Shown here one piece after another: positions 50,189 through 59,950 of a DNA stretch of 64,000 nt (its first letter is position 1; every line of letters starts with the position of its first letter). Source of the DNA: Candidatus Fermentithermobacillaceae bacterium (GTDB lineage Bacteria > Bacillota > Sulfobacillia > Fermentithermobacillales > DUSS01); contig JADBKE010000008.1 of NCBI GenBank assembly GCA_014896535.1, positions 118,438-182,437 of the forward strand, given 5' to 3'. Under the pieces are notes generated by a model. The model was not told where the DNA came from. It saw nothing but the letters and a program-made list of their open reading frames with translations, and ran no database searches. A program made the position numbers and the translations under genes.

Positions 50189-50545
50189 TGCGGTTCCGGG
50201 TGGGTGCGGGTCTACTCCCTCCGGCGGCGCTGAATCTGAGACAAGGTGGGCACCAGGCTGGTCACATAAGGGACGTGGGTTTTCGGGGCAGGCCGGGTCG
50301 CGAGGCTACTGAGCGGGTCCAGGACCATCAGGCGGTGCTAGTGACGCGCGACATGGGGTTTGCCAACACGCTAACCTTTCCTCTCCTCTGGGGTCGTACT
50401 GGGCATTGTGGTGTTGCGTTCTCGGAGCGAGGCGTCTGAGCTTCGATGAACAGCGAACTCCGCGCGGCGGTTGTGGTAGTGTCCGAAGAAGATGTTTGCG
50501 GGTCCATTGTTGTATTAGAACCAGGTGGGTGCGAGCCCACAGGCC
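50185..50545 (+). pseudogene. Frameshifted DUF5615 PIN-like (VapC45-type) toxin
   Basis: MRF.V...L...A...LRQGGH...HIRDVG...AVLVTRDMGFAN, then in other frames GIVVLR and GSIVVLEPG; the catalytic DEN is lost. Confidence 0.65.
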
Positions 50546-50733
50546 CTAGTAAAGCCGTTCGGATGAGGGTTCCGGTGCCCCATCGGTAATGCGCTTCTGC
50601 AACGCAGGACTCGTGAACATCGCCATGTGCGGTAGAGTTTCGGGCCCTTGTTCGCAGGTCCGACGGAAGGTGCCTGGGAAGCGGGCGCCGAAGCAGTTAG
50701 ACACGAATCCACCTGAGGCGTGGTGAGTCGGCA

Positions 50734-52827
50734 GTGCTTATTCAGTTGACGTCCCGTGGGGCGCTGGTTGTGAGGTTGCTCCTTGAGACCCAAGGCCCCG
50801 TGAGAGTGAAGGACATTTCGTTCCGCGTTAAGGCGAGCGAACGCTCGGTTAGGTACGACTTGGACCAGGTGGAAGCTTGGCTCAGAGAGCATGGACTGAG
50901 GCTGCGACGGAAGCCCAGGGTCGGGGTGTGGGTGGAGGGTTCGCGCGAGGCACGTTCGCGTGCTCTAGCGATGCTTGGTGAACCCGACAGGCTCCGCGTG
51001 CTTATGGAACCGGAGGACCGTAGTTGGCTGATGCTAGGATGGATCCTGTGTTCCCGCTCGCCAGTCCCGGTGCGAACTCTGGCTGCGGCATTGGGGGTTA
51101 GCCGGAGAACCGTCTACTACGACCTACAAAGGTTGAGTAGTTGGCTGCGTAGCAGAGGGTTGTGCCTGCGGCGCGGGCGGAGAGGCGTGTCGCTCGAAGG
51201 TGACGAGGTTCAGTGCCGGTCCGTCATGGTGGAGTTCTTGGAAAGGTACGTTGGAAACGACGACTTGGTCAAGGTAACCACGACTCCTGTCTTAGGGTCG
51301 TCAGCCCAGAGCCCATCGCGAGCCGACTCAGTTGCGGGGCAGTGGCTTTGGCACTTACTGAGGGAGATAGGGGACCCCGAGGCCATGGCAAAAATTAACG
51401 CGATCGTGAACAACGTGCTACGCGCATTTGGCCTCCGACTAGCGACAAGCTTGAGGGGAGCATTAGTTGCGCACCTCTTAGCGACCGTCGTCAGAGTGAA
51501 GCAAGGACGAGCGTCTCACGAGCAGCGGGAGCAACTCGCACGACTGCGCCAGCGGCCGGAGTGGACGGTAGCCTCCAGAATTGCGCGGGCGCTGGAGGAA
51601 TCGTTCGGGATTTCGCTGCCAACGCCAGAGGTAGGGTATATCGCGCTCTATCTCGGGTCCCAGGTGACTGGGATAGACGCAGGTTCAGGGTGGTTTGCCC
51701 CGTCCCAGGAAGAACTTGGGCTTTGCGCCCGTGTAATAGCTGAGGAGGCTGGGTCTTACCTCGGGGTCAACCTGATGCAGGACGTGGAGCTCCGGTCCGG
51801 CCTGGTAGCCCATCTGTACGCCTCGCTTGAGAAGATTCGGGCGGGCATGCCCGTACGGAACCCGCTTCTGGACGAGATCAGGGCTCGGTACCCCATCATA
51901 CACAGTGCGGTGCGTAACGCTTGCAGGCGGGCAGGCGCCGTCGTGGGTGTGGAAATACCGGATGAGGAGGCAGGCTGGATTGCACTACACATAGGGGCGG
52001 CACTCGAAAGACTACGACAGCGGACCAAGCGGTGGAAAGGAGTGGTGGTGTGTGGCAGTGGTGTGGGTACTGCTCACTTGGTTAGAGCCCGTCTTCTTTG
52101 CGAGTTTCCAAATGCTGAATTCAAGGTGCTGGGAGCTGTCGACGAGGAGTACCTTTGGACGTGGGTTTCCCAAAACGGAGCTGATGTCGTCATCTCCACG
52201 GTGGAGCTTCGGCCGGGTGTCGTGCCGGTAGTTGTCGTCAGCCCGTTTCTCACGACCTCGGACGTACGGAAGATAGCATCAGTAGTCTATGCCCGCGCAA
52301 CGCTGACTGAGGCTGATCTTTTGGGGGGTTGCCACGCCAGGGCGGCACTCCAAGCGGAGGAATCTCACGAGCAGCAGCTTGTCGGTCCCCCGCTGCAGGA
52401 CCTCATTGATGAACGGCGAATCCGGGTTGGGGTGCGTGCGTCCAACGCGGTAGAGGCCATAAGGTTTGCAGGGGAGCTTCTCCGTGTGGACGGGATCGTT
52501 TCCGGCAAGTATGTCGATGCGATGGTAAACCTGTATCTGCAACTGGGCGCTTACATGGTGGTAGCGCGGGGGGTTGCACTGCCCCACGCTTCCCCGGAGG
52601 ATGGGGCACTTGGGCTCGGCGTCGCTGTTGTGACTTTGGAGCGGCCCATCAATTTCGGATCTCCTGAGAATGACCCGGTTCGGATTGTGATCTCGTTTGC
52701 GTTGCCTGACTACTCGTCCCACCTGCGCGCTCTGTCCGAGTTGCTTCAGATGCTCGGCCAGGGCGTGGGTGATCGAGTGTACGCGTGCAATACTGCAGCA
52801 GAAGTAGCATCGGTCCTCCGAGTCTGA
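50734..52827 (+). CDS. LicR/MtlR-type PRD-containing transcriptional activator (HTH-PRD-PRD-EIIB-EIIA)
   Basis: SERSVRYDL and VSRRTVYYDL HTH motifs, PRD LVAHL and IALHI, EIIB VVCGSGVGTA, EIIA VALPHA. Confidence 0.92.
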   Translation: MLIQLTSRGALVVRLLLETQGPVRVKDISFRVKASERSVRYDLDQVEAWLREHGLRLRRKPRVGVWVEGSREARSRALAMLGEPDRLRVLMEPEDRSWLMLGWILCSRSPVPVRTLAAALGVSRRTVYYDLQRLSSWLRSRGLCLRRGRRGVSLEGDEVQCRSVMVEFLERYVGNDDLVKVTTTPVLGSSAQSPSRADSVAGQWLWHLLREIGDPEAMAKINAIVNNVLRAFGLRLATSLRGALVAHLLATVVRVKQGRASHEQREQLARLRQRPEWTVASRIARALEESFGISLPTPEVGYIALYLGSQVTGIDAGSGWFAPSQEELGLCARVIAEEAGSYLGVNLMQDVELRSGLVAHLYASLEKIRAGMPVRNPLLDEIRARYPIIHSAVRNACRRAGAVVGVEIPDEEAGWIALHIGAALERLRQRTKRWKGVVVCGSGVGTAHLVRARLLCEFPNAEFKVLGAVDEEYLWTWVSQNGADVVISTVELRPGVVPVVVVSPFLTTSDVRKIASVVYARATLTEADLLGGCHARAALQAEESHEQQLVGPPLQDLIDERRIRVGVRASNAVEAIRFAGELLRVDGIVSGKYVDAMVNLYLQLGAYMVVARGVALPHASPEDGALGLGVAVVTLERPINFGSPENDPVRIVISFALPDYSSHLRALSELLQMLGQGVGDRVYACNTAAEVASVLRV

Positions 52828-53197
52828 GCCACGTGCCGCGGTGGTGGGACCCGTGTTCCTCCCCAGTTTCGTGTAACTTGGGTTGTTTCTCCCGTCACCT
52901 TCGGTGCAGATTTGCATTATATCAGGTTGACCCATTCTGCGCTTACGGGTGCAGGTAAGTCATCCGTTTGGGGCGAAGGAGATTCCACAGCAAACCGAGT
53001 CTCGGTGTACTGCTTGCCTGAAAATGTGATGAGCGGGCGTTTGCACTAATGGCGAGGGATGATGGAGGTGATCAGCCTTACCGTATCAGGCGGTTCGAAG
53101 GTAGGAGTATTGGAGTATAGCAGGGGGTGACGCCTGCGTCCCCTGAGCACCAAAAGTCGCGTTCAAGTTTCCTTCCGGACGGAAAGGAGGGCAAAAA

Positions 53198-54574
53198 ATG
53201 GAGGTTTTGAGGAGCACGGTCAATCAGATCCTGGGCTACGGTCCTGCTATCATGATGCCTATAATCTTGTTCGTGCTGTCTCTTATTTTCCGACAGTCCA
53301 TAGGCAGGAGCGCCAGGGCGGCTTTAATCGTCGGTGTTGCTTTCGTAGGTATCAATGCCGTTTTGGGTACTGTTTTTACTGCGATCGGGCCTATAGTGGA
53401 CGCTATTGCAAAAGGTTTCGGCTTGAGTTTACAGGGTTTGGATGTCGGTTGGCCGCTGACGTCAGCCATCACGTGGGGTGTCGCGATATCGGCAGCCGTT
53501 ATACCATTAGCTTTTGTGGTCAACGTCGTCTTGCTGATGTTGAACTGGACCAAGACCTTCGATGCAGACGTGTGGAATTATTGGCATTGGGCCTTTGCTG
53601 CAGTGATGGTGTACATGTGGACGAAGAACGTTTGGCTTGCGTACCTTGTGGCCATCGTAGTGGAGATCATTATCCTGAAGCTGGCAGACTGGACAGCTCC
53701 CTTGGCGCAGCGTTATTTCAACATTCCTGGTACCTCTCTACCGCACACGGAAACCGTAAACTGGGCACCCATTAGTTTGGCTCTCGAGAAGTTAATTTTC
53801 TCCCGCATTCGGCCTTTAGAAAACGTTAAGGCTGACCCCGAAGGTTTAACCAGGAAGTTCGGTGTGTTCGGTGAACCGGTCATGCTGGGGCTCTATGTGG
53901 GTGTCCTGCTCGGCATACTGGGCCGGCAGTCCGCGGTGGACATTGTAAAAACCGGTATTTACTTGGCCTCTCTGATGCTTCTTCAAGGCCGCATGATCGG
54001 CATCTTAATGGAAGGACTTTTGCCCATTGCTAACGGTATCTCAGAGTACTTCGCTCGTTCTTCACGGTTCCAGGGCCGCGAAATTTATATAGGGATAGAC
54101 GCAGGGCCCATCGGGCTGGCGAACCCCACTTCGATTTTCGTGGGCTATCTAACGCTACCGTTGGTGATCCTGTTCTCGTTTATACCTGGCAACAAGATCA
54201 TGCCTTTGGCCGATCTGGCTATCCTCCCGATTTTCGTGATGTGGGCTGCTGCTGCCTCCCGCGGTAACGTGATAAAGACCTTCCTGAATGGGCTTTTCAG
54301 CGTAGGTTTGGTAATGTACATTACCAACGCTTTTGCGGTACCGTTGACTGAGGCAGCTAAAGCGATAAACTATAGCATACCCGCTGGCGTCGCGTTGGTG
54401 TCCTCCCTAGATGCTGGTGGACACATACTACCCTTTATCATCATTCTACCCATCGTAGCCCTTGCTTCGGGGCAACCTGCCATGGCCGGGATTCCTGTCG
54501 TCATCGGCGTTCTATACTTCGCGGCATGGTACTACGCTAAGGATCAGCCTGCCAAAATTGCCGAGAAGCTTTAG
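53198..54574 (+). CDS. PTS galactitol-family EIIC component
   Basis: DVGWP, TKTFDADVWNYWH, LADWTAP, GEPVMLG, LMEGLLPI, YIGID, PGNKIMPLADL; AAAGGAGG RBS. Confidence 0.92.
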   Translation: MEVLRSTVNQILGYGPAIMMPIILFVLSLIFRQSIGRSARAALIVGVAFVGINAVLGTVFTAIGPIVDAIAKGFGLSLQGLDVGWPLTSAITWGVAISAAVIPLAFVVNVVLLMLNWTKTFDADVWNYWHWAFAAVMVYMWTKNVWLAYLVAIVVEIIILKLADWTAPLAQRYFNIPGTSLPHTETVNWAPISLALEKLIFSRIRPLENVKADPEGLTRKFGVFGEPVMLGLYVGVLLGILGRQSAVDIVKTGIYLASLMLLQGRMIGILMEGLLPIANGISEYFARSSRFQGREIYIGIDAGPIGLANPTSIFVGYLTLPLVILFSFIPGNKIMPLADLAILPIFVMWAAAASRGNVIKTFLNGLFSVGLVMYITNAFAVPLTEAAKAINYSIPAGVALVSSLDAGGHILPFIIILPIVALASGQPAMAGIPVVIGVLYFAAWYYAKDQPAKIAEKL

Positions 54575-54596
54575 GCGAGGGCCTGGCTTGAGTGCT

Positions 54597-54628
54597 GGGG
54601 ACCCGAGAGTCAGCGGTCTCGGGTCCCC
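54597..54628 (+). promoter_or_regulatory. Intercistronic 12-bp GC-rich stem-loop (mRNA stabiliser or partial terminator)
   Basis: GGGGACCCGAGA-N8-TCTCGGGTCCCC between the EIIC and aldolase genes, with only a 2-T tail. Confidence 0.6.
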
Positions 54629-54650
54629 TTGACTAAGGAGGTCGATTAGT

Positions 54651-55277
54651 ATGGAAGCGGACCTCAGAGAGCAACTCTGTGAGATCATGAAGCGCCTTTA
54701 CATGCGAGGTTTGATCTCCAGCGTAGGGGGCAATAGCAGTGTCGTCTGCCGTAACGAGGGCTACGTTCTCATAACGCCCACAGGTTTAGACAAGATGAAC
54801 ATCACGCCGCGAGATATCGTAAAGATTGATCTGGAAGGCCGGGTCCTAGGCGAGGGCAAGCCTTCCACCGAGACCATAAACCATCTAAGCGTTTATAGGA
54901 CCAGGCCGGACATTAATGCCCTGGTTCACGCCCATCCGCCCACGGCCGTAGGTATGGTTTCAGCGGGCTTTTTACCGCAAGGCGTGACGCCTGAATACGT
55001 GGTTATGGTGGGCACGCTTGCGGTGGTGGAGTTTGCGACCCCTGGTGGTGACTCTATCGAAAGATTGAATGAGGGCTTGAGCCGCAGTAATATCGTGCTG
55101 TTGAAAAACCACGGGGTTTTTAGCGTGGGAAGTACTTTGCTCGAGGCTTTTGCGCGCATAGAGGTGCTCGAGGAAGCAGCCAAGATGGTGATGGCCGGAA
55201 GGTTTTTCGGGGGCATGCCGGAGCTTACGGAAGCCCAAAGACGTAATGTGCTAGACAAGTACGCGAGGAAACGGTGA
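54651..55277 (+). CDS. Class II aldolase/adducin family (FucA-like ketose-1-phosphate aldolase)
   Basis: GGNSS, ITPTG, KPSTE, HAHP, LLKNHGV: catalytic Glu plus three Zn-binding His. Confidence 0.88.
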   Translation: MEADLREQLCEIMKRLYMRGLISSVGGNSSVVCRNEGYVLITPTGLDKMNITPRDIVKIDLEGRVLGEGKPSTETINHLSVYRTRPDINALVHAHPPTAVGMVSAGFLPQGVTPEYVVMVGTLAVVEFATPGGDSIERLNEGLSRSNIVLLKNHGVFSVGSTLLEAFARIEVLEEAAKMVMAGRFFGGMPELTEAQRRNVLDKYARKR

Positions 55278-55290
55278 GGAGGGACACATA

Positions 55291-55605
55291 GTGAACAAGA
55301 AGTACCTCATATACGTAGCCTGCGGATCGGCTGCAGCGTCGGCTAATTTGGTCAAGGTCAGACTGTGGGACCTGCTGAGGAAGAAAGGCATAGATGCAGA
55401 GCTTCAAACGATGAGGGTATCGGAAGTGCCGAACACCGTGAAAGCCAAAAGGCCGGATTTGGTGATCATCACCGCTGGTAGCTTTTCGAAGGAAGCTTTA
55501 CCACCGGACTTGCCGGTGTTAAGTGGCTTGCCTTTAATGACCATGATCGGGGTCGATGCCTTCATGAAGCAGGTAGAAGAGACGCTGAGCAAGGCAGGTC
55601 AGTAG
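55291..55605 (+). CDS. PTS galactitol-family EIIB component
   Basis: IYVACGSAAASA phosphorylation loop; GLPLMTMIG. Confidence 0.88.
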   Translation: MNKKYLIYVACGSAAASANLVKVRLWDLLRKKGIDAELQTMRVSEVPNTVKAKRPDLVIITAGSFSKEALPPDLPVLSGLPLMTMIGVDAFMKQVEETLSKAGQ

Positions 55606-55606
55606 C

Positions 55607-56047
55607 ATGGAATTGCTGGTAGAAAAGGTACAAGGTGATAGAGAACAGGTACTCTCCTACTTGGCTGACGTTCTGTTGCAGAAGGGATTTGTAAAGGAAG
55701 GCTATAAGGAATCGCTCCTAGACCGAGAGAGACGCTTTCCTACGGGGCTTTACGTAAACGATGAGTTAAAGGTGGCTATTCCTCATACGGAGATCGCTTA
55801 CGCGAACGAAAACGTTCTAGTCGTGGCAAAACCATTAAACCGTCTGAGCTTCTACCGTATGGATAAACCCGGAGATCCTATCGATGTGGACGTGGTGTTT
55901 ATGCTCGTGGTAAGGGACCCAGGCGCGTACACCAAGTTCTTGAGCAAGCTTACAGAGAAACTGACCGACGGGTGCTTTGTAAAGTTGATAAAGGCAGGAG
56001 ACTTGGATAACCTATCGGCCTGCATCAGAGAGGTCTTGCTTGTCTAA
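55607..56047 (+). CDS. PTS EIIA component (Gat/Fru/Mtl type)
   Basis: DRERRFPTGL, VAIPHT, FYRMD, VVFML. Confidence 0.9.
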   Translation: MELLVEKVQGDREQVLSYLADVLLQKGFVKEGYKESLLDRERRFPTGLYVNDELKVAIPHTEIAYANENVLVVAKPLNRLSFYRMDKPGDPIDVDVVFMLVVRDPGAYTKFLSKLTEKLTDGCFVKLIKAGDLDNLSACIREVLLV

Positions 56048-56398
56048 AGGGAGAGCGCGGTTTCGGGCAGCTCCGTATCCCTACGTTGAGGGTCAAAGTG
56101 GCGAGCGGTGAAACTCGCGCTCAAAGTCCTGGGTTACAGTTCCACTGCGCTACGGTGCGCGCTGCGTTACTCAGTGCTGCTACCCTCGACTACCGGCAAG
56201 CTCGCGAATGAAGGGATCACAGGCTGACCACTGCACCTTGAAAACGGGATAGCATTGTCGCACCGAACGATGGCATGGGGACTCGCGAGGGCAGGACTGG
56301 CTGACTTTCCCAGTGGCAGCTACGGAAGTAGCTGGCGCACACATGGGGCACGGGTGCGGTGGTCTCATTCTTGTAACGTCGGACCGGGGAGTGAGGCT

Positions 56399-56752
56399 AT
56401 GAGCCGATGGTTTGCGGTGGTCTTCCGTTCTCCGTGGCTTGCAAAGGAGGGCTTGGATGGCGTTCACAAAGTGCTCTCGCAAGAACTAGGGTACCGGCTG
56501 CTCGACAGTACAGCGGAACGTTCATCGTGGGAAAAGGGTAGCAAGCTGGCCACTTACGCGGGACTGGTTAACTGGCGAGTGCTGTATCGACGTTTGGTGG
56601 TGGAACTAGTGGAAAAGGACACAGTAAGACTTACGTACCATTTCTCTTGGCTCACGAACGTAGGAGTGTTGGCATCGGCAGCACGGCACGAACTCGGGTT
56701 TCTGCAGAAAGCCTTTCACGCGGAACAATTTAAGATGGAGAGGCTTCGCTGA
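56399..56752 (+). CDS. Hypothetical protein (117 aa)
   Basis: ATG 56399 after GGGGAGTGAGG; protein-like composition; no recognised motif. Confidence 0.55.
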   Translation: MSRWFAVVFRSPWLAKEGLDGVHKVLSQELGYRLLDSTAERSSWEKGSKLATYAGLVNWRVLYRRLVVELVEKDTVRLTYHFSWLTNVGVLASAARHELGFLQKAFHAEQFKMERLR

Positions 56753-57053
56753 TATAAAGCAATCGCCAGCAGGGAAGAACCGATTGAAGCGGCACGCTGT
56801 GACCTGGGGTGGTACCGCCGATGCTCCAGGTGGGGCGAGAGTCAGCAAGTTTCCGGCGAGCAGCCGGGCACGGACGGCCGGAAGGCCGATGAAGAGACGG
56901 ATGGTATTACCGGCTTGCAGACCGGGGTGGAACGCGTTGGCGGTTGCCGTCGCTGGCATCCACCAAGCGCGGTTTGGCAGGACCAAGCTCGATACTGACC
57001 GGATCTGGGCAAGATGTGTCGCTACCGGCTTGTCGCGTGCCTCGTATGGTTCG

Positions 57054-57323
57054 TTATGTGTCGACGACAATGGCATCCGGCAGGCGGCGAGGGAAGGTAT
57101 CGCGAAGGTCGCATCGGGCGAATATTTTTCGGGGTTGCCTGGGAGGCGGGGCTGGAGGTGGCAATCGCTGCAATATCGGCAGATCAGGCGTACGCTCGCC
57201 CGTTTCGTACTTTGCAATAGCCGAATAAGAGACCCTGACTAGTTTGGCAAGTTCTTCCCTCGACCAGTCGGATTCTTCTCTTAAGGTCTTAATGCGCCGA
57301 GCAGTCACTTGCGGATCTGGCAT
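57054..57323 (-). pseudogene. XRE-family HTH regulator, probably truncated
   Basis: RIKTLREESDWSREELAKLVRVSYSAIAKYETGERTPDLPILQRL is an HTH_3 domain; the sequence after QRL looks non-homologous. Confidence 0.7.
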
Positions 57324-57467
57324 TATTCCAGTCCCTTCCTCAAAGCGAGTGTAGCACATAACGTCCAGTCTTAAAAGTGATCGGAACCAATGAGAAACCA
57401 CCTAGGCTTTAGATTAGAAACCGCGGGACTCCCCAGCGGAACCAAAAAAGCACCCGGGGTGGCTGAG

Positions 57468-58549
57468 GTGAGGATAGTCCCGCCGAAAGAGTGTCCTCGG
57501 TGTGGGAAGGTAGGACTGCATAGGTACGGTGCCCAAGAGGCGGGTTTTAGATGTGTTCCTGGGCGGACGGTGGGTCTATGTTAGTTGGACACCGTTACGC
57601 CTGCGGTGCCCGCAGTGCAAAAAGACGTTCTTGTGCCGTCCAGCAGCCGTAAGGCCCTGGTCCAGGTTTACGGATACGGCTGTGTGCACGATAGTGGAAC
57701 ACTCGCGGTGGATGAACTACACATCAACAGCGGAACTACTTCAGCTAGACAGGCACCGGGTGAAGCGAGTGACCCTCAAGCGCGTTGACCCGAACATACT
57801 CCCCGAACAGGGGGAACCAGTAGTCCTCAGGTTGGCCGAGCTCTCCTTCAGCTGGCACGACTACATGTGCATGGCGGGGCAACTGGCTCCTACCAGGAGG
57901 GTGCTTTCATTGCTGGATAACGACCTGATGCGAACAATCGAAGGGTATCTGAGACACCTCAAAGATTCCGGAGTGGTGGTCGAAGCGTTTGTGATAGACA
58001 TGAAGGATCCATCGCGCAAACTGATTAAGCGGGTTTTCCCAGGCCAAGGTCATCGTGGACGCATTTCATGTAGTTCAGGACGCCAACCGCAGGTTGGATG
58101 AGTGCCGGAAGGTTGAACAGGATGCGCTCAAAGTAGGCATTCCCCGGTACCCGCTGCTGAAGCAGAGAGAAAAACTTACCCCCAGGCAAGTTCAGCAACT
58201 CGAATGGATCCGGAGAAAGTTTCCGGCTCTGTATGAACTGTATCAACTCAATCAACTCAAAGAAGAGTTGCGGGACATTTTACGCGGAAGGGATGTCGAC
58301 AAGGGCAGGGAGAGGATATATTGCTGGTTCCTCGCGCCCGAGAGTGCTTCGAACGCCGAGGGTTGGGTGTGGGCGAAGACCATAAGATCCTGGCGACAGG
58401 AGATCTTGAACCTGATCTACTTTGCCGCCAGGGGCCAGCGACACACCAACGGCTACATAGAGGGAAAAATCACTCTTGTAAAGATGATCGAGAGGCTCGG
58501 GTTTGGTTTCAGGAACCGTGAGAGTTTCCTAAAGAGGGCGTTTATTGGA
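57468..58549 (+). pseudogene. ISL3 transposase, frameshifted (near 57530 and 58045) with the first catalytic Asp lost
   Basis: ORFs 57390-57584, 57529-58101 and 58055-58573 carry consecutive ISL3 motifs; LRLAE replaces the usual IDE motif. Confidence 0.8.
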
Positions 58550-59950
58550 GGTCAAGTGCGAGATTGGGTGTAAAAACTGCCTCTGGTAGATAGTCATGGG
58601 TCTTATACAGCCTCCAATCGGAAATCGAGGCTTTCGCTTTCGGCTGTTTCTGTACTTGCCTTCCACCTCCAATACTCGGACATATCGAAGTAGCGGTGGC
58701 CGGTAGCCCAATTCTCGTCTATCTCCATGAGGACCGCACCGAGCAACCGTAACGCCGAGTCCTCGTTGGGAAAGATGCGAATCACTCGCTCCCGCCGGCG
58801 GATCTCCTGGTTCAGTCGTTCCACTCCATTGGTCGTCCGGAGACGCTTCCGGTAGCGCTCCGGAAGAGCCATCACAGCCATGGCGTCTTCAAACCCTGCT
58901 TCCAGACGTTCCACTGCCTTTGGAGCACGCTCGGCATAAGTCTGAAGAAGGTCATCCTTCAGCCGGCGTGCCGTCTCCAAATCAGGAGCATCGAATACCA
59001 GTCGCAGACGCTGGTAAAACTCCTTCTCCAGAGACTTAGGGCAGGCATCGAGAATGTTGCGGATGAAGTGTGTTTGGCATCGCTGCCACGTTGCTCCCTG
59101 GAAACAAGTCTCGACCGCCTCCACAAGGCCTTTGTGGTCATCGGAGACCACCAGGTCAACCCCTCGCAGGCCGCGACCCTTCAACCAGTCAAAAAACTCG
59201 TACCAACTCTCTCGAGACTCACTGTCCCCGATCATTAGACCAAGGACCTCGCGATAACCATCCTGGTTTATCCCGGTCGCGACCAGTACGCTGCAAAGGC
59301 GGACCCTGCCGCCCTTTCGCACCCGGATGACCATGGCATCCACCACGAGGAATGGATATAATCTCTCACTCAGGTCGCGCTCATTCCACTCCCGCACTAT
59401 CTCGTCTAGCCTCTTACACAGCTCCGATACGGTCGACCGCGAAAACTCCGTACCGCATAATTCCTCAACTACAGCCCGCACCTTTCGGGTGGACACGCCG
59501 TTCACCACCATTTCCACCATGGCAAGAAGCAGAGCCTGCTCGCTCCGCTGGTAGCGTTCGAAGAGGTCAGTCGAGAAACCACCCTTGCGCACCCGAGGAA
59601 CCTGCAGATTGAGCTCGCCAACCCGGCTTTTGAGTAGTCTCGGCCGATGCCCGTTCCGGTACCCCTGCCGTTCTTCAGTGCGCTCATACGGCGCAGCTTT
59701 CAGCTGCTCGGTGACCTGAGCCTCCAGGATCTGGTTGACTACCTGCTCAACCAGACGTGCAAGGCCATCATCCCTAACAAACAACTGCTGCAGGATCTCG
59801 CCATCTATGGTAACTTGGTACTGGGCCATCCTTGTCCCTCCTGGTGATGTTTTGATTAGACACCTACTCATCTACCAGAGGCAGGATGGCCTTTCCTCCT
59901 TCTAAGGCTCGTGACTCGCAGACTTTTACACCAAGATACCGGACGCTACT
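58550..59950 (-). mobile_element. IS256-family insertion sequence with 9-bp target-site duplication
   Basis: TTTATTGGA at 58541-58549 and 59951-59959; imperfect terminal IRs share GGTGTAAAA...CTGC. Confidence 0.92.
58603..59829 (-). CDS. IS256-family (Mutator) DDE transposase
   Basis: GYRNG, VPRVR, GVSTRKV, LVVDAM, VSDDHKGL, QRCQTHF, TTNGVERLNQEIRRR; ATG 59829 after AGGAGG. Confidence 0.96.
   Translation of the reverse strand: MAQYQVTIDGEILQQLFVRDDGLARLVEQVVNQILEAQVTEQLKAAPYERTEERQGYRNGHRPRLLKSRVGELNLQVPRVRKGGFSTDLFERYQRSEQALLLAMVEMVVNGVSTRKVRAVVEELCGTEFSRSTVSELCKRLDEIVREWNERDLSERLYPFLVVDAMVIRVRKGGRVRLCSVLVATGINQDGYREVLGLMIGDSESRESWYEFFDWLKGRGLRGVDLVVSDDHKGLVEAVETCFQGATWQRCQTHFIRNILDACPKSLEKEFYQRLRLVFDAPDLETARRLKDDLLQTYAERAPKAVERLEAGFEDAMAVMALPERYRKRLRTTNGVERLNQEIRRRERVIRIFPNEDSALRLLGAVLMEIDENWATGHRYFDMSEYWRWKASTETAESESLDFRLEAV

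Noticed and set aside
52830-53195. Sigma-54 promoter or ncRNA upstream of the PTS EIIC gene
   Set aside because: No correctly spaced GG-N10-GC consensus; only a small hairpin (53121-53145) without supporting features.
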